This document shows, one piece after another, positions 57,986 through 64,000 of a DNA stretch of 64,000 bases. Positions within the stretch are counted from its first letter, which is position 1; the number at the start of each line of letters is the position of its first letter. A program made the translations under genes and the position numbers. Below the pieces are notes generated by a model. That model made no database searches and was not told where the DNA came from. It was given only the letters and a program-made list of their open reading frames with translations. The stretch comes from Eledone cirrhosa (taxonomy: Eukaryota), in the NCBI GenBank assembly GCA_964016885.1, contig OZ024756.1:17670001-17734000 (forward strand). The letters run 5' to 3'.

Positions 57986-58201
57986 TTTAATAATATTTAA
58001 CGAAAATTTATTATATGTAGCTTTGTTTTTTTCAATAACAATAAATTCTGTCTCTAAAACTATTTTTTCGTTTCCTTTAATATCTCATTGAAATGAAGGT
58101 GGTGAGAATTGTCTGAAGAATGTAGCCATGCATTCTTTGATTTTTTTAAAATTGTATAAGAGGTCTGAAAATTGTATAAAAATATCACGTATATGTGTAC
58201 A

Positions 58202-58265
<64 letters not shown>

Positions 58266-59059
58266 TGTACACATATACAATTTTAAAAAATCGAAGAATG
58301 CATGGCTATATTCTTCAGTCAATTCTCACCACCTTCATTATATATATGCACAACCTGTGCATGATCGGGTCGTCAGCGACTAAACTGGCAACCCCACCAA
58401 GCTTGCTTGGTAAGGAGGGTGTTTTTTGGACACCCTGTGGGATGAAAAACAAAACCCGTCAAAGGGCAGAGGGATCCAGGAAAGTTAATGCCCATCCAAT
58501 AAAGTATTTTTTTTTTTTTGTGGAGTGAGAAAGACTTCTAATCATCATTAAGACATCTCTCTAGAAGAAGGTCACTCTAATATAAAACCTGCAACTTTGT
58601 CTGCATGCAATGATGTAGACCAGTTCTTCATTTTGGGTAAATGGGTTTGATGTTCAGAGAGTGGGATTGGCTCTGTGCAAAGCCTTTCCCTCACTTAGAA
58701 AAGCTTCAAGCATGGACATTGCTTCGTATGTGACTTTTTTTTGTGATGTATGGAATTGCTGGCCATAGGCAAGTCCCTAGCAGGACTAAAATGCCATGTC
58801 CATGATGCTCATGCTTAAGTATCAAGCAATGGCATTACTCGAAATTGATAGCAGCCATCATATATATATATATGTAGCTAACATGGTAAAAAGTTCCCGG
58901 TTCCACACTGTAAATGTGGTTGGTGTTAGGAAGGGCATCCAGACGTAGAAAGCCTGCCAGATAGTCCTAAGAGAGTGAGACACGGTCACCCGACCAACCT
59001 TGCCTCAAGTGGCACAACTCCCGTCTAACCCATGCTAGCGTGGAAGATGGACGTTAAAC

Positions 59060-59092
<33 letters not shown>

Positions 59093-59104
59093 ATATATAT
59101 ATAT

Positions 59105-60280
59105 TTAAATGGAAAAAATGAAATTTCATTTCTCACGGCTGATACTTAAATACAAGTATGTATACGTACATACATATATGTATACAGACGTACAGTAGTA
59201 TATATATATACATACATGCACACACATATATATATGTACGCATGGGTCCACCGAACATTTATCACAATGTTCGGTTCGTTTGTAAACAAACAGCGCAAAC
59301 TAAGCCATACAGCACCTGGCAACCATCGTCCCCCCCCCTGTTCAACACTGACAAAGGAATGTTGAACTAATTTCTAGCTCACTGGCTGTCACCAGCACCG
59401 AACACCCTCCCGCCAGTCGATTGAACGCTTGAATCCTTATGTATATCAACGGCTGAGCAGCCCAACCTGCATATCAAGTGAGTTAGTCGGCCGGGCGCAC
59501 CAAAAACGATAAATGGAAAAAATGAAATTTCATTTCTCACTCTTAGTACGGCTGATACTTAAATACGAGTATGTATACGTACATACATATATGTATACAG
59601 ACGTACAGTAGTATATATATACATACATAGATGCACACATATATATATGTACGCATGGGTCCCCCGAACATTTATCACAATGTTTGTATACATACTTGTA
59701 TTTAAGTATCAGCCGTACTAAGAGTGAGAAATGAAATTTCATTTTTTCCATTTATCGTTTTTGGTGCGCCCGGCTAACTAACTCACTCGATATGCAGGTT
59801 GGGCTGCTCAGCCGTTGATATACATAAGGATTCAAGCATTCAATCGACTGACGGGAGGGTGTTTGGTGCTGGTGACAGCCAGTGAGCTAGAAATTAGTTC
59901 AACATTCCTTTGTCAGTGTTGAACAGGGGGGGGACGATGGTTTCCAGGTGCTGTATGGCTTAGTTTGGGCTGTTTGTTTACAAACGAACCGAACATTGTG
60001 ATAAATGTTCGGTGGACCCATGCGTACATATATATATATGTGTGCATGTATGTATATATATACTACTGTACGTCTGTATACATATATGTATGTACGTATA
60101 CATACTTGTATTTAAGTAACAGCCGTACTAAGAATGAGAAATGAAATTTCAGTTTTTCCATTTATCGTTTTCAGTGCGCCCGGCCGACTAACTCACTTGA
60201 TATGCAGGTTGGGCTGCTCAGCCATTGATATACATAAGGATTCAAGCGTTCAATCGACTGACGGGAGAGTGTGCGGTGCA
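59105..60280. mobile_element. Tandem-plus-inverted array of a ~410-bp unit (Penelope pseudo-LTR-like)
   Basis: Full + copy, partial + copy, then full - and partial - copies. Contains a degenerate hammerhead core at 59869-59900. Confidence 0.6.
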
Positions 60281-60727
60281 TTTTGGCCAGATTTCTTACT
60301 TGAAAATACCTTTCTCCCTACCACAAGAGTTTCAGAGGTCCTGGAAAGGGTCTTAGGCACTACTCTTCCCTCCCTCCCTGACTAAACATCATCATCGTCG
60401 TCATTTATCATCGTCACAACTGTTTGATATTTATTTTCCATATTTCTATGGGTTAGACAGGTTGTCACATACTGAGGCCAGAAAAGTCAGGTGGCCATGT
60501 CTTGCTCATATGCTCCATTTTGAGCTTGGTTTCTATGGTTGGATGTCTTTCCTAATGCCAACTACTTTACAGGGTTGACTAAATGCTTTTTGCCACAGCA
60601 CTAGCAGTACCCCCTTACAGAGTTGACAGGGTGATTTTTGTCATGGTAGTACCAGCAGTACTTCCTTAAAGAATTGAATGTTTTTTGTCATAGCACCAAA
60701 ATAAAATTGAGTGAACACTTACAATAT

Positions 60728-60801
60728 TGTCCCTGGGTGGGCTTGAACCACCAACCTTTTGGTTAACAGCCAAGTGTGCTAAATAATTGCACCACAGTGA
60801 C
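60728..60801 (-). pseudogene. tRNA-Asn(GTT) pseudogene
   Basis: Minus GTCACTGTGGTGCAATTATTTAGCACACTTGGCTGTTAACCAAAAGGTTGGTGGTTCAAGCCCACCCAGGGACA matches metazoan tRNA-Asn, but the D-loop GG is lost and the CpGs are decayed. Confidence 0.85.
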
Positions 60802-61670
60802 TGCTACAGTGAAGGCACATGGATTCACAACTGTGAGTTTACAAGTCCAAAGTGAGTTTGGACCGAGTGATGCATTATGTCCTTGAGCAAGACACTTTAT
60901 TTCTGTGAGTTGCGACCAGTAGATAGTATCAGCAATGGAAAGACCAATGGAAACATTGTTTCCTTGGTCCGATTTTATGAGTCCCCCCCTCCCTTCACTT
61001 GGTAAGTGAATGACGTCTGGGATCTTGTCAATCGATTCCTACAATATGACTCAAAACCAGTGAGATGTAAAAGGATTAAGGTTCTTCTTCTCTCTTCTTC
61101 TTGTGTCATCCCCTTTTTCTAATGGCTAGAATATACATGGCTTGTTACTCCTGCAAAGACATCAATGCCACCAATGTTATCCAAAGCAAAAGCCAATGGC
61201 CAAAACAACTCAGCACCAGTGACATCACAACATACACTATACATACATTATATATACTCTATATATACACCATATGCACACTATATATATATGTTGTCCA
61301 AGGGAAAGGTAATGGCCGATACAGCTCTGCACCAATGACATCACAACTCATTTCTACAGCTGAGTAAACTGGAGTAATATGAAATAAAGTGTCTTGCTCA
61401 AGAACACAACACATCATCCAGAATTGAACTCACCACCTCCCAATTTCAAGCACAATGCTCTAACCACTAAGCCATGCAAAAACCCTTGAAACTAGGTTCA
61501 AATCTCAACAAAGCCAATGAAATAAATGAAGAAAAGAAAGACAAAAACTTTGTTTTTATTTCAAGATTATTTATTTCATTATATATATAATATATGGTAT
61601 ACTTTGTTATATTTTAAAGTTGGTTGTGTGTATATATGATTATATTTAGATATCTATACTTATATATATG

Positions 61671-61753
<83 letters not shown>

Positions 61754-61806
61754 ATATATATATATATATGTACATATATATATATATGTACATATATATA
61801 TAAATA

Positions 61807-61862
<56 letters not shown>

Positions 61863-63006
61863 TATATATATATATGTGTGTGTGTGTATCTATATATATG
61901 TATATATTGATATGTGTGTGGTATATGGTAATTTTTCTTTCTTATATATGTATCAAAAACACAACCTGTCATCTACATTTACTGTTTTTAATAAATTAAT
62001 TATGAGTCTTGATATTCTTTCATGTCTCATTGGTGGTCTGTTTGGAAGCATAGAGTTACTAAAAATCATCACACACAAACACATATGCACAACCACACAC
62101 ACAAACAAACACACATATACATACACACATGCATCATGAACAAAATAACACATGTAAACTAATGACCTATAATCAAATCTCAAGCTTCGGATTCTGACAA
62201 TGAAGTCCTCACAAATCATATTTGCCTCCTTAGTATAAAAGAGGCAGCTACATATAAATGCAAACAACACAACATTCATTCTGAAGATGAGACTGTGAAA
62301 GGCTAGAAACTTTGCTGATGGTGAGTTTCAAGTCTTTATAGTTCCCAGTAAGAAATTTGTGAGAGAATATGAAAGAAAAAAAAACTTGAACAACAGTTGT
62401 GTTTTTAATACAGCATATACCATTATCATCATTCATTTAACATACATAAATATACATACATTCATATATATATATATATATATTCACATAAATATATATA
62501 TATATATTCACACAAATATATATATATACATGCATACAAATATATATACATACACACACACATATATACATATATATATGCACATACACACTCATACACA
62601 TATATATATATACAAATATATATACATATATATATATACAAATTTATAAGTATATATGTATATACATATATACATATATATATATTTATATATACATATA
62701 TATATATATACATATATATATATCCAAGGGAATATATACGATATTAAATAAATGGAAACTATATTTATAAAACCATATTTATTTCATTATACATATTTCA
62801 GGGATATCAAATTAAAATATGGTATGCCTTCATCAGACAAAATACAATATATAAACAGTTTTATAAATAATTTTGACGTACCCTATTAGATGCGACCATT
62901 ATTTTTGGAAGCTGTCTGGATAGTGAGATGTTTATAAATTATTTTATTAGTTAGAAAAAAGACGGAGAGAAAAAAAAAAATTATTTATAAAACTGTTTAT
63001 ATATTG

Positions 63007-63071
63007 TATTTTGTCTGATGAAGGCATACCATATTTTAATTTGGTATCCCTGAAATATGTATAATGAAATA
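63007..63071 (+). ncRNA. Type I hammerhead motif (mirror copy on minus strand at about 62780-62845)
   Basis: TATTTTGT-CTGATGA-AGGCATACCA...TGGTATCCCT-GAA-ATATGTAT-A-ATGAAATA; related to the 25700 motif. Confidence 0.7.
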
Positions 63072-63203
63072 AATATGGTTTTATAAATATAGTTTCCATT
63101 TATTTAATATCGTATATCTACTCCAAAAACTTGTTGAGTGCTTTATATCAGTTATAAAATATTTACTTGTTGTATCCCAACAATTTTAAATAGAACTTTT
63201 GCA

Positions 63204-63243
<40 letters not shown>

Positions 63244-63259
63244 CATAAATATAAGTATG

Positions 63260-63310
<51 letters not shown>

Positions 63311-63382
63311 GTATATATATATATGTATATATATATGTATATATGTATATGTATATATATATGTATACATACATATATATAT

Positions 63383-63415
<33 letters not shown>

Positions 63416-63429
63416 TAAATATAAGTATG

Positions 63430-63462
<33 letters not shown>

Positions 63463-63502
63463 GTATATATATATGTATATATATATATGTATATATATAT
63501 GT

Positions 63503-63560
<58 letters not shown>

Positions 63561-63583
63561 ATATATATATTTATAAATATATA

Positions 63584-63677
<94 letters not shown>

Positions 63678-64000
63678 CTTATATTTATATATTTATATAT
63701 GTATATATACACATTTTTATACGAGTGATTGCATTGTGTCATATAATCATGTTACACTCAATTTCTTTGTTTCAACACTTCTTTAGTCATTATTCTTTAA
63801 ACTTTATAAACCATGTTTTTATTCTTCTTCCTGTTGTTCATGTTATTTAAAGGATTCTCTCCTCATCAATGTTTCTTCACTGGAAAAATAGAAACAGAAA
63901 TTGGCTTAATGTTCCCGACAATAACACAAAAACAGACACACAGACACACCTATATACTTACATGTGTGTGTATACGCCCGTGTGTTTGTCTGTATGAATG

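Noticed and set aside
58092-58339. CTGAAGA in an inverted repeat as a complete hammerhead
   Set aside because: No properly placed GAAA/UH with a complementary stem I; kept only as a foldback.
60728-60801. Functional tRNA-Asn
   Set aside because: The invariant D-loop GG is lost, the acceptor stem has a mismatch and CpGs are decayed.

Overview
AT-rich, microsatellite-saturated eukaryotic DNA. The tRNA-derived SINE families and repeat landscape suggest an octopus/cephalopod genome (inference). Two real protein-coding genes are supported, both on the minus strand, each with its whole CDS in one exon and a probable 5'-UTR intron: an APBB/Fe65 adaptor (acidic N-terminus, WW, two PTB domains; 11168-14197) and YIPF5 (48899-49648). 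The rest is mobile DNA: a full-length DD37D (maT) mariner-type transposon with one in-frame stop, CR1-like, RTE and Tx1 LINE fragments, two SINE families, piggyBac-type MITEs, Penelope-like relics, a tRNA-Asn pseudogene and several satellites. The most notable signal is not in the ORF track: many type I hammerhead-ribozyme motifs (CUGAnGA...GAAA...UH with a complementary stem I and a palindromic minimal stem III), mostly in inverted repeats embedded in (TA)n. In addition, each of the ~20 units of an 88-bp tandem satellite (about 29.1-30.9 kb) reads on the minus strand as a hammerhead-like fold, a candidate very small ribozyme satellite/retrozyme. Most ORFs in the track are microsatellite artefacts. 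All RNA folds were paired by eye and none has been tested.
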